Shown here: in pieces, positions 1 to 10,926 of the stretch | How positions within the stretch are numbered: position 1 is the first letter of the stretch | How the letters are laid out: each line of letters opens with the position of its first letter | Assembly: GCA_051294375.1 (NCBI GenBank) | Contig: CM119265.1 | Location: 23,115,514 to 23,179,513 of the forward strand | Direction: 5' to 3' | Length of the DNA stretch: 64,000 nucleotides | DNA from: Paraspadella gotoi | Taxonomy: Eukaryota > Animalia > Chaetognatha | The notes under the pieces: generated by a model | What the model was told of the DNA's origin: nothing | Seen by the model: the letters and a program-made list of their open reading frames with translations, nothing else | The model's database searches: none | Position numbers and translations under genes: made by a program

Positions 1-27
1 TTTAAGACACAATTTTTATTACTTTTA

Positions 28-259
28 TGGTGGACTAAAATCCACCAACCGTTCATCAGCGGCCGTTGGTGACGGAGGCAAGTCATTCACCTCCCAACCC
101 AAAGGTCCGGGGTTCTAGCCCGGTGGTCGTCTGGCAGTTAAGAGGGACGGGGCTGTTAACCCTCCTGTAACATGGTGTTACAGCCTGATCCGAAGCTCAG
201 GAACTGCTTATATTGAACGGTTCTGTCATTAACACATATCAATAATTACTGTCTCTTCA
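28..259 (+). mobile_element. Family-1 SINE-like repeat (5' hairpin + tRNA-like head + twister-like domain)
   Basis: ~230 bp unit TGGTGGACTAAAATCCACCA...GTCTCTTCA recurring at 15656, 42877(-), 48217, 49688, 50118; T-arm-like CCGGG-GTTCTAG-CCCGG; twister-like core at 134-207. Confidence 0.9.
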
Positions 260-317
260 CTTTATTAATTTGCAACTCTATTATCTTCATTGTCTAAATC
301 ACAATTTTTGTGAACAG

Positions 318-2040
318 CGTCACAGCGCCGTGCCTCCCATTGTCGACGAGGCGCTTCTCTTGTCGGCCACTCAACTGGCGGCCGACATCCGGAGCCGGAA
401 GAGGACGGCGGTCTCAGTGGTCGAGGAATTCGTCAAGAGGATTCGATGCGTCAACCCGACGCTCAACTGCATGGTGGCCGACAGGTCGGGAAAATGTGCA
501 TTGTGCAATTTACAAATTGCAATGTTATACTAGGCTTGTTTTATTTTTTCGTATTTTACTGGCAGAACTCGAATGTAAAGGACGACTGGCGGTTTTCATG
601 GGGGTTGATACATTTTAATAATAATATCTATTAAAGCGATGGAGTCTAATATATATGTGTATTGTACAACAAGACCATAGCTCTCTCTTCTCTCTCTCTC
701 TCTCTCTCTCTCCTTTCTCTCTCTCCTCTCTCTCTCTCCTCTCTTCTCTCTCTCTCTGTCTCACGGTAGATAATGACCGTTTAACGTAATTGTATTACAC
801 CCGTTTATGAAATTTGGTACACCAATATAAAAATTATCCATTCATTTAAATAAATAAAGCTATCTTGCCCCTGACTTTGGACAGGCTTTGGTGGTTAAGG
901 CCTCCATCACTCTTACAAGATAATGACATAGCAGGTCCCGCAAGCTTTCAACACAGACTCTCTCACAGTCTCGTTTATTCCACTCCCAGAGTACCTGGCT
1001 TCCCTATCAATGAAGTGGAAAATATTTCAAAGAATGTTTCAATTGTATGCAAAGACCAACTCCCTTAAGTATTAGAGTCGGGTAATACTTATTGTACTGC
1101 CGCCACTAGCATCAAAAATTACAAAGAGGCTGAATTTTATTGAAATTGTCGTACAACCAATATAAAAATTATCCATTCATTTAATAAATAAGCTATCTTG
1201 CCCTGACTTTGGACAGGCTTTGGGTGTTTAAGGCCTCCATCCACTCTTACAAGAATATTATATTATATAATTGTATTTACTATTTAATATACGTTCACTT
1301 TACAATTTCCCACTCAGAATCAACGACGCGATTTTCGAGGCGAAGGAAATCGACGTTCTCCTGACATACAGGCCGAACGCAGAGAGAATCTCCAAAGAGA
1401 AGAAACCATTTTTGGGAGTTCCATTCACGTGCAAGGATTTCTTCGGTGTCAGGGGTACACAGGGGTACAGGGGTCAGGGGTACACACTGCATATACTAAT
1501 GCCGTTAAAATTAATTAATAAATCGCTAATCGTCTGTACTCGTATAATCAAATGAAGTAATCGATCGTTAAATCAATCTAACGGTGGATCAATCATTCCG
1601 TTCAAACAATCAATCGGGTAATGGGAAAATCGATCAATCAATTAAACCATCAATTAGTGAAAAAGTCAGTCGATCAATCCAACAAATGAATCACTCAATC
1701 AAGCGATCTTTCCATATCTGTCAAAAGAGCAGGTAAAGCAATCAATTTTTCTAACCATCACTCGAAACTCTAAGTTAGGTACCTAAAACATTGCGCTGAC
1801 GCTCTGACTCATCTACTGCAATCTTGTCAGGATTGCCCAATGCCTGCGGCCACCTCAGCCTCAAAGACCGAGTGGCGAATGTCGACGCGGAGGCGGTGAC
1901 GCGCATGCGCGAGGCGGGCGCCATACCGCTCGGCCTGACCAACGTGCCCGAGTTGTGCATGTGGTGGGAGACGAATTGCAAATTGTGGGGAAGAACGCGA
2001 AACGTCTACGACACGAGGCGGATCGTAGGGGGCAGTTCGG
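318..2040 (+). CDS. FAAH2: Fatty-acid amide hydrolase 2-like amidase, copy A (exons 318-484, 1318-1454, 1831-~2040; partial)
   Basis: Phase-compatible GT-AG exons: LLLSATQLAADIR..VNPTLNCMV, PFLGVPFTCKD (catalytic Lys), AGAIPLGLTNVPELCMWWET..GGSSGG amidase signature; start lies left of the window, downstream exons not adjacent. Confidence 0.9.
806..920 (-). repeat. Family-2 short repeat with twister-like domain on the minus strand
   Basis: ~115 bp unit TATGAAATTGGTAC...GGCCTCCATCACTCTTACAAGA, 7 copies in the window. Confidence 0.85.
1138..1254 (-). repeat. Family-2 short repeat copy
   Basis: Matches 806-920 with a few indels. Confidence 0.85.
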
Positions 2041-2479
2041 GTGGGTAAGCAAAAAGAGTGTGATAGTATGAGTCAGTGGCCGTCTGTGTACCGCCTGCTG
2101 TACGACGCTGCAGGAGCTGAACATCAATTTTGCCGACGAATGAGATGAGGTAGTGGGACGAAGGCTCTTTTCCTTGTCTATAGAAGATGATTACAAATAA
2201 GTATTGGTGGTATCAGGCCAGTATAGGAGAGTGTTTTGTAGGCAGTTGAAAGTACTTAAGAAATGCATAAATTTTCTTTTGAGCATGTTCCCATACTAAA
2301 TTTTGAATGGTCACTCCCTCCCCATTGAGAGGGCTACCGCCTATCAGAAGAAAAAACTAAAACTCTTTACAATAATAGATGGATCCGATAAAATTGATGT
2401 AAGCCCGTGATTAAACAAAATATATAGTTGAAAATACTCAGGTTAACGACTATGAATATTTTTGACTTCCAAATATTTT

Positions 2480-5039
2480 TTTTGTACTTATCAAAAAAAT
2501 TTATTGTTCCGTCATTTTAAAAAAATTTTAGGATCTTGAATAGAATGTTTGATTGTTCTTGTGTTTTAAAAGGGAAACCAGACCGAGTCAGATGTGGTTA
2601 GTATTGCGATATATTAATTAATTTAGAAATATTATCACACTTCAAATAATTATATTTTAAGAAAAAAGATAAAATGAGTTTAGAGTATATATACTAAAAT
2701 ATTTATAAAGTTTAAGGTAATAGGTGATGAGAGTAGTTATCAGAATAACAAAAAAAGTGATGTTTAATTTACGTATATCGTGCTGCTGTGGGGTCACGCG
2801 GCTAGTTTTTAGATAGTAATTGTGCGCAATAGTGGGCCAGCGCGGTTCAGAAGTTAACATAATAAAAAATACAATTTATTTTGTGTTAAATGTGAATCAT
2901 ATGTTTCAAAGTGCTGCATATATAATAAGTCAGCTTAGCTGCATTTATGATGTACAGCAATTGTCATAGTATAAGTATTTCTTTACACTTTTTTTAAAAT
3001 TGTATCCACGAAAAGTCTCGGAGACGTGTAATTTGGATTGTATTGAGAAGAAAGCCCCGAAGTAGAAAGTTGTTTTAGAGAGAAAAAATGTTGTCGGCTC
3101 TTTCATTTAGGAGCCTTCATCAGTGTTTGGACAAATCAAGTATTTTGTCTCTGTTGAAGGTAAGTTTTGCTTTGATCTCTTCCATCTCTCTCTCGCCACT
3201 CTCATTGTCATTGTTCAAAGATCTTACTTCTTCCCCTCTCCTCAGACGCTTCAGCTGTCCTCACATCTGACCAACTGTCCTTACCTTATTCTTGTGTTGG
3301 ATTCCCCTCAATTTTTTCTCTCTCTCTCTCTCTCCTCTTTCTCTCTCGTGGCAAAAACTTACTTCGAAAACAGAGACAAAATATTGATTGTCCAGAACAG
3401 CTGATGGAAGCTCTAAATGAAAGAGCGAAAACATGTCGACTAAATATTGTTGTCAATAAATCCGTTGTCCAAACAAAAACTGTTTTTCCTAGATACCTCA
3501 AAACAACGAAAAAAGAGAGTATATCATAAGAGAAGAAAAATCCATGAATCATAACTTTTTCATAAAAAGAACGGATCACAACAAGAAGATCAAAAAGAGA
3601 GAAAAGAGACAGAAAAGAGAAAGTGAGAGAGAGAAAGAAGAGACAAAGCTGGATCAGCTGCTGTAGAAGGCCGCTGTGACAGTAAAGGCGTAGTAAATTT
3701 TCGTAAATTTAACTTTAATTAAAATTCTAAAAGTGAGGAACGGATAACATTATGATTAATGAACATTTATATAATAAAAAAGTTTAGTAATAAATTTTAC
3801 AAATTTACGGCTGTAGGCCATATTATACGTAGTACTAAAACGAAATTAAATGTTAAAATATCAAACAGTTTTTTGTAAGATTTTGTTGGCAGATTTGGAT
3901 TCGTCATAAGAAGTTGATAAAGAAATATAACGTCTTGTTTGAAAAATTCTTCATTAAGTGTCAAAAATGAGAAAGAAACTGATATTTAAGCTAAAATGTA
4001 ACTTTTTCCAATATTAAATATAGTGTTTTTTAATATTTTAACCCCACTTAATGAAAAAATTTTTAAAAATGACATTATATTTTCTTTTTATCACTTTTAC
4101 GAAGGAATTCAAGGTCTGCAATCAAAATTAAAAAAAGCCTATTTTGGAAAGTTTTCGATTTTATAAGGTTTAGTACTATATATAAATAATAGCCTACTCG
4201 AAAATTAAAAAACATAAAAATTAATTTTTTTTGATAAATTGAGTTTACTGATGAGTTGTTTCATATTTGACTTTTAGAATTTTTTTTTGTTTTTTCTAAT
4301 GTAACTTTCAACTCGCCTGTTACTGTACAAGTCAGGGCGAGAAAACGTGAACTCGTTTTTAGTGAAATAAGAATAAAAGAAATAAATAATAAAAGAAGGC
4401 AAAGAATGTTCAATGGTTTACATTTGAAACTTTTCCAAGTTTTTTCCATCCGCACAGCTTGTAAAGATTTTATTTTTATGTGTATTAAAATTAAGATATA
4501 GCTTGGCCTCAAATTAAAAAAGTTAATTTTGAGTTTCCATGTTTTATTAGAGGGATTTAAAAATAAATTTTTTTGAATTTCATCTATCATATGTAGTATA
4601 CTGCAGATAATGTTAAATAGCATTATAAGCATTTCTATATACTAATGTTGGATATGATAATGAGTACTATAAAATCTCATTTGCAATATTTGGCAGTAAA
4701 ATTAATAATGAATGTGAATTCAAACAAAACGATACTTAAATCCCAAATGTAATAAGAAGAAATATCAAAGCTATTTTCAGATGAGAAGCCATATCTAAAT
4801 TTTTTAACTTACTATAGAATGCACACTTTTGTAAAAACTTTATCAAAATAATTGCAGAATAATTTTTATTTAAAAAAAAAACGGTAATCACATGCCAAAC
4901 CTATAAAAACGTAGTAGTTTTTATATGGAAAAACAGCGTGACGGGCGAACGACGAGACTGACATACGTCACAAAAGCTCACCCGAATGAATATCGAAAGC
5001 CTGAACCGGCTTTGCCGTCATGACTTGATAAAAATAGGT
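2480..5039 (+). mobile_element. Non-autonomous Helentron/DINE-1-like element (composite, degraded; boundaries approximate)
   Basis: Colinear similarity to 37374-39403; ends in GC hairpin CCGGCTTTGCCG followed by GATAAAAA; internal 3683-4205 also matches 53213-53708 inverted. Confidence 0.55.
3087..3515. mobile_element. Penelope-like non-autonomous element with two degenerate outward-facing hammerhead motifs (3087-3128 -, 3396-3440 +)
   Basis: Inverted repeat 3088-3133 / 3389-3436 containing CTGATG..GAAA(A)CAT; core TGTCCTCACATCTGACC and (CT)n shared with 44905-45150 and 45298-45738. Confidence 0.7.
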
Positions 5040-5523
5040 AGATGCTTCTCTTCAGTAGAAAAGTCCACCAAGAACGCAGCGTCACACAAAAAATAGAGAT
5101 TCCGGAGATATCTAATAAGAGACGTTTTCTAATGGCTCTGAAAAGAACTAAAAACCCAGTGACAACTTTGAGATCTGAAAGAATGCCACGTGACCTGAAT
5201 TTCGTATTAGAAATCTTAAATCGAGAATCTATGCGAAATCAGCGGGCAACCAATCAGAATCAGCTGTAACTGCCTTCGGAATTCCTGTATGGATTTCCCC
5301 CTGCGTTATAGTTGGAGAGATAGTTTATTTCGTAACAGTAGCCTTCATGTACGACTGAGGCCGTTTAGGTATTCGGACATCCTTGGTTTCAAGTAGACCA
5401 AACTCGACCTGCACATTTCTTATTGACGGGATTTCGCATTATAGTCCTTTCTCAAAAGTTCCTCGAAACGTCGATAAATCTACAGAATATTTGATTTGGT
5501 CGAGAGAAGAAACGTCGTGCAAG

Positions 5524-5561
<38 letters not shown>

Positions 5562-5672
5562 GGACGAGTGGTTCTTGAAGGATTGGAAAGCTGAATGTGT
5601 ATAGGGAAAAAAAGCTTCTCCTCTTTTTCTCGTCAAAGAATCGAGAAGATAGGATAATGTTTTTTTTTTTTT

Positions 5673-8090
5673 GGCTTCTCGAGTAGAAGCTCCCAGAAGA
5701 TACCATCATTTTTGAAAGTCCTGATACCCAGTGCAAAGTTGTTTTGTGCCAAATTTAGTGGAGAAAACCGAAATATCACAGATAAAAAATTTCCGCTGAA
5801 TGCTGCTTGATGGATTTTTCCACGGCCATGTGTTTTTGCGTCGTACCCACTTCCGGTATTTAAAAATAAGGATTTTTGGGAAAAAAGTGGAGCTGTGTAT
5901 CAGCAGCATGCTTAACATTAATTCAAAATAATGTGTATTAATATAGCCTTATTACTAAATTTTTTTGAGTTGTGGTTTTTAAAATAAGGTTAAAAAATTA
6001 TTATTAAGAAAAGAACTTCAAAATAGAATTATTTATTTTTTTTAAAGCCAAATCGTCCTGTACCAAATTACTTTACAAATTCTAATAAGATTTGTATAAG
6101 AAATGTATGATTTGGTTATATGAAATAAAACTCGTAAGGGATTTTTTAGATATTAATCCTTAAGCCAAATATTGCCTTTAAAGTTTGCCAATGATACAAA
6201 AAGAAAGCGAGCGAATTAGATAAAAGACGCCTTGCCTTTGTGGCATAGCAAGCCGTCCCTACTCAACCTTAACCCTAAACTCTCTCCCAACCAAAACCTT
6301 AGTCTGAGGCCTTTTATTCATTTGCAAGCCTCAAATCTTATTTTCCCCTAGTACAAGCCTTTCTAGTCGCTTATAACAAGGATAAGTATTGTGATAATTG
6401 GCATATTGGACAGGCTTAAGAAAAGGACAGGAAAGGCTTGGTTAGGTTAGGAAGTACTTGGGGAAGGAAAGTTAAGAAATTAAAACTTAGCCTTATTGGA
6501 TGGCCGGGAAACAGGGAGCCTGAGCTGAGGCTTCAGGACTAGGTGAACCTCAGGCCTGGATGTGAGGTTGGTGAGAGGCTCTTTGGAGTGAGTGCAGTAG
6601 GCTAGGGTTCTGGCATGATATAAAACACGGAGACCGATTAGGGCTAAAGGAAGGGCTGCTCTCAATTCACAGCCTGGGAAACTGTGAGGGTTTGGATCAG
6701 GGAGCCAGTTTAGGGTTAAGGTTGAGCAGGAAGTACACGAGCTTGGGTTTAAGGTTAGGAAAGGCTGCTCGGGTAATGACAAAACCCACGTTGAGGTAGG
6801 GCTAGTTAGAATAGTCCCAAGCCAGGGAAACTGATGTTAAGATTTATGGTTTGGTTTAGGGCCGCGGTTTAGGTAAGGGTTGAAGTGAGGAGCGTTGCTG
6901 CTGTAAAGGCTAAGTTGGCCTACGCATCTAATTCGCTACTTTTGCATCAACTTGGTTAGTCTTTTTAAAAAGCCAAAATATGCTTGGTTTAAAGATTAAA
7001 GATTTAAAATCCCTTAGACAGTTCTATTTGTTTAACCAGATAGTAAAATTTTATTAATTAGTAAAGGTAGTTTGGGTCATGGGGGGTCTCATTGGCTTAA
7101 AAGAATTATGGAAGTTTAACTTGACGCTTTTGTAATAATATTTTTGATAAGCCTTATTTATAAACTAAAATAAAAATTGTAATGACTATCTAGGAAAAAA
7201 GTTAGAACATTTTTTTTTTTAAAAGTTATTTAAATTCAATAAAAAAGATCAAAACATGGGTGAATCATTCTCAATATTTGGTAATGCCGCGTCCTAGGCA
7301 TTCGACGCACTGGGTGCAATTCGTCTGGGCATGCTGCTCGTAAAGCGAATGAGGTACGGAAAGGTGAAATATTTTTCCAACAACCTTTAGCGCAATTCTT
7401 TTCAGCCCCCGATGTGAATGTTGCGCGTTCTCTGTGGCGACTTGCCATCTTTTCATCTGCGACCAATAGGCGATGTCGAATTGGATTGAGATCGGGAGTT
7501 CCCCGGAACCAGAGAGATAAGTTGATATGATGATGGCATGCATTGCTATTCGTCGTAGCGGCTCTATGCGCAGGAGCTTCCGTCCTTCCAATAAAGCGAT
7601 AGGATCCACGATTTCCGCGCTTCACTGTGAGGTAACAATCTTATTTTGCCTCTAACTTCTATACGTGTTTGATCTTACGAAAAAATGGAAGAAGCAACTG
7701 AAAGGAAATTTAGTGTAGAATCTGAAACAAATCCTGAATTTTTTTTAAAAAATCGAGCAAGTTTTCGAGTAGATATCCTTAAATTTTAAAAATGTGTTCT
7801 AACTTTTTCCTAGATAGTATTAAGTTATTGGTAACGTTTATTTTGATTAATTTTAAGTATGCGTGGCTGAAATAACAGCTTTAATTTATTCTCTAATAAT
7901 ATCTGAATTTTTAAAAACCGGAAGTGGTTCAACGCAAAACTGGCGTGGAAAATCCATATGACAGTCCAGGAAAATTTTTTATTGTGATATTCGTTTTTCT
8001 CCACTAAATTTGGCAACAAAGAAACTATTGCAAGGTATCAGGATACTTTCATAAATGTATGAATTGTCTGGGACCTCTACTCTCGAGCCG
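5673..8090. mobile_element. Nested inverted-repeat DNA transposon remnant
   Basis: ~200 bp imperfect TIRs 5673-5870 / 7900-8090 (GCCAAATTTAGTGGAGAAAA, CACTTCCGGT); inner inverted pair ~5990-6260 / ~6900-7170 around TTAGG-like degenerate repeats. Confidence 0.7.
7186..7817 (-). mobile_element. Small TIR element with possible transposase fragment
   Basis: TIRs CTATCTAGGAAAAAAGTTAGAACA / TGTTCTAACTTTTTCCTAGATAG; frameshifted minus-strand coding-like interior (..HSHRGLKRIALK..) weakly reminiscent of a MULE transposase C-terminus. Confidence 0.5.
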
Positions 8091-8458
8091 CCGTTCGTTT
8101 ATTCATTCGTGGTTATGCTATTCGTTGTAATCATTCGTGCTATCATTCGAATCATTACCGATTCATGACGTTCTGAATTTCATTTAAACCATTTATGGGA
8201 TGCCATTCCAACTTTCTCAAAATAGGCTTTACAAGCAGCAATACGTTTATTGGGATATATTTTTGTTTTGGTTTCATATTAACATTTTATATAGTACGAC
8301 TATTCGACCCAAATTAAGTTCAACTCAACCTTTTTTCGTTTTGCTAGATACTAGATAAACAACAATAAATTTTAATGTAAATATTATGAGATATCCGTAA
8401 AACCACTGAGAAGGAGAGATTATGACTGACATAAATGTCGGTAAATATATGTTAATTA

Positions 8459-8577
8459 ATCTTGTAAGGAGTGATGGAGGCCTTAAACCACAAAGCCTGT
8501 CCAAAGTCCAGTGGGTCAAGATAGCTTATTTATTAAATGAATGGATAATTTTTATATTGGTTGTACGCAATTTCATA
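8459..8577 (+). repeat. Family-2 short repeat copy (twister-like domain on +)
   Basis: TCTTGTAAGGAGTGATGGAGGCCTTAAACCACAAAGCCTGTCCAAAGTC..; reverse complement of 806-920. Confidence 0.8.
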
Positions 8578-9724
8578 TACTATAGGACCTTACCCCATCT
8601 TCCTCCTCCTCCTGCCTCCTCCTCCTCCTGCCTCCTTTTTCTCCATCTCTTTTTCCCTCAAGAATCGATTTTTTTGTTTTGGTATCCGGAAATAAAAGTT
8701 ATTCTTCGCGGAGAATTGGGTCTCTTTCCTTCGGAGGAAAAGGGAGGAAGAAGATGAGAAACTTTTTTTTGTCTTTCCTCGATCCTGAATTTTAGGGCTC
8801 TGATTAATCCGATGCAAAACTCGTCTAACGTTTCATTATTGATGACCCCATTACCTGAACATAGCCTTTTTGAAGTCCTGTTTTTTTTAAGTAATGGTAT
8901 ATTTTATGTAATATTTATTCGTATGTATTATTTCCTTTGCCTTATTGCCGCTATCCTTCATGAACGAGCTTTTAGTCCGAGGAAGATCTGTCACTTTAAA
9001 GAGAAGGAGAGGTGATGAATGACAAACTGGGAAAAAAGAATCAAATCTAATTTGAATGACGAAAGAATGAAAATGACATCGGAACTTTTTTTTTTTTTCC
9101 GAGAAGAGAGAAACACGTCCACACGAAAAATCAGATACTCACAATTTTCGACATATATTTTTCAATCAAAAACCTCGTATCATTTTTTAAATTTAATTAA
9201 ATAATGATTTTTTTCTTTTTTAAATAAAACATTTGACAATTCGCAGTTTGATTCTCGCGAATTTTTTTTGCGGGGACCAGAAAATTTTCGTTGCACATCG
9301 TTGTCGGGTAATTTTTTCCGTTTTGTCTGTTTGTTTTAAGGACGAGGCGACTTAAGCGTTTTCGGAGATAATATAACAAAAGTGTCCCTTTAAAGTAGAA
9401 CCCCTTGCAAGGAAATTTAGTGAACTAGAAGTCAAGATGTTGTCTTTTGTCCGAGCACAAGTTGATAATTTTTTCGTCATTAAAGGTGAGAGGTGATGGG
9501 TATGAGTGAAGGAAATGGTTAGACTCATGCGTTGTCAAGGGGAACAAGAAAAATGGTGGTCACGATAATTTAAAACCTAAATATTTAGTCAAGAGTCCAA
9601 AAACAGTTAATGTTGCAAAAGTGTATTTTAATTAAAATTAATACCATTAACGATGTAGAATATAATTAAATTGGCTCATATTTACTAAAGCTGCGCGCCT
9701 TCAGACTGAAGAGAGATAATTATA

Positions 9725-9945
9725 AAACCCTTCAATATAGCACTATTAAGGCACTATTAAGCAGTCCTGATGCCTCGGATCAGGCTCTAACCCCTGTTAA
9801 ACTTTAAAAGGCGGGTTTAGCCGTCCCATCCCTTGTTAAACTGGCGAGGCGGCCTCCCGGCCCTCCGGGCTAGAGCCACTTGACGCTTGGGAGCCGTATG
9901 ACTTGCCTCCTGTACCAATGAACGCTCTGAACGGTTGGTGGATTT
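9725..9945 (-). mobile_element. Family-1 repeat, diverged copy
   Basis: GCAGTCCTGA..TCGGATCAGGC..GGCGGGTT..CCGGGCTAGA..ATGACTTGCCTCC..TGAACGGTTGGTGGATTT. Confidence 0.75.
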
Positions 9946-10269
9946 AAAGAAAAAAACTTCAAAATAGAAAAACAGAATGTTTACAATAAAATAAGAAACT
10001 CATTTTTTTTGGTGATTATTAAATGACTATAATAATATTTCTCGATGATTAGCTCTAATACAATCAAAGATTTACGCATTGTTATGTGAATGACCTTTCT
10101 TCTTAAGCCACCAGAACAATAAAAACTTATAACTTGCTCTGCAGGGGCAATTGTTTGCCTTAGCCAAATATGAAAAGATAATATTTTTAGTCGGATCTGC
10201 TTTCAGAAGATCCGACTCTATAATTCACTTGTTCGGTCAGTCGGTCCGCACCCCTCAATGCTGTCGGCA

Positions 10270-10730
10270 TTTTACTTATATCATGTCAGAACATCGAATT
10301 ATGATAAATTATGCAAAAAAACACGATGTCCGTCGTCTGTCCTGTAGGTCCCGTTGTCCCGTCCGTTCCTCGCGTCCGTCCGTCGCGTCCGTCCGTCCCG
10401 TCCGTCCACCATTAGCAAAAAACACCAATTAACTCGTGATTGGATAAATGGATTTTGGAAATGAAATTTTGTGTGTGGGTAGGGAAAGTGTGTGATTGAG
10501 CTGGATATGAAGTTTCGATGGAATTGTCCGAGTTGGAAATGAGTTTAAATGGAAAAAACAAAAAAATATATTTCCACTAATTGAACACCAATTTACCTCA
10601 TGAGTGGATGGGGCGATTGACTTGAAATTTTTTATTTGGGTAGAAAAGTGTGTGATTAAACTGGAAAAATCGATGGAATCGTTTGAAGTGGAAAAAGTGA
10701 GTTTAAAATTAAACAAAGAACCTTGTTTCA
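10270..10730 (+). repeat. Repeat remnant with (GTCC)n microsatellite and CGATGGAAT..GAGTTTAAA units
   Basis: (GTCC)n at ~10327-10407, typical of DINE-1-like elements; adjacent unit recurs at ~27350-27590 and ~49320-49370. Confidence 0.5.
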
Positions 10731-10926
10731 CTAATTGATTATGCTTCTTTTTCTTTTTATTTTAAAATGTAAATGCAAGATGTATTTAATTAATCAAATA
10801 ATTAATAGTTAAATTAATCAATTAGTCAATTAAATTAATCAATAATTCAATTATCAGTTAATTAATTCAAATCTAACAACTAATTTTAAAATGCAATGAA
10901 ATAACCACTGTATTTGCAAATGATAG

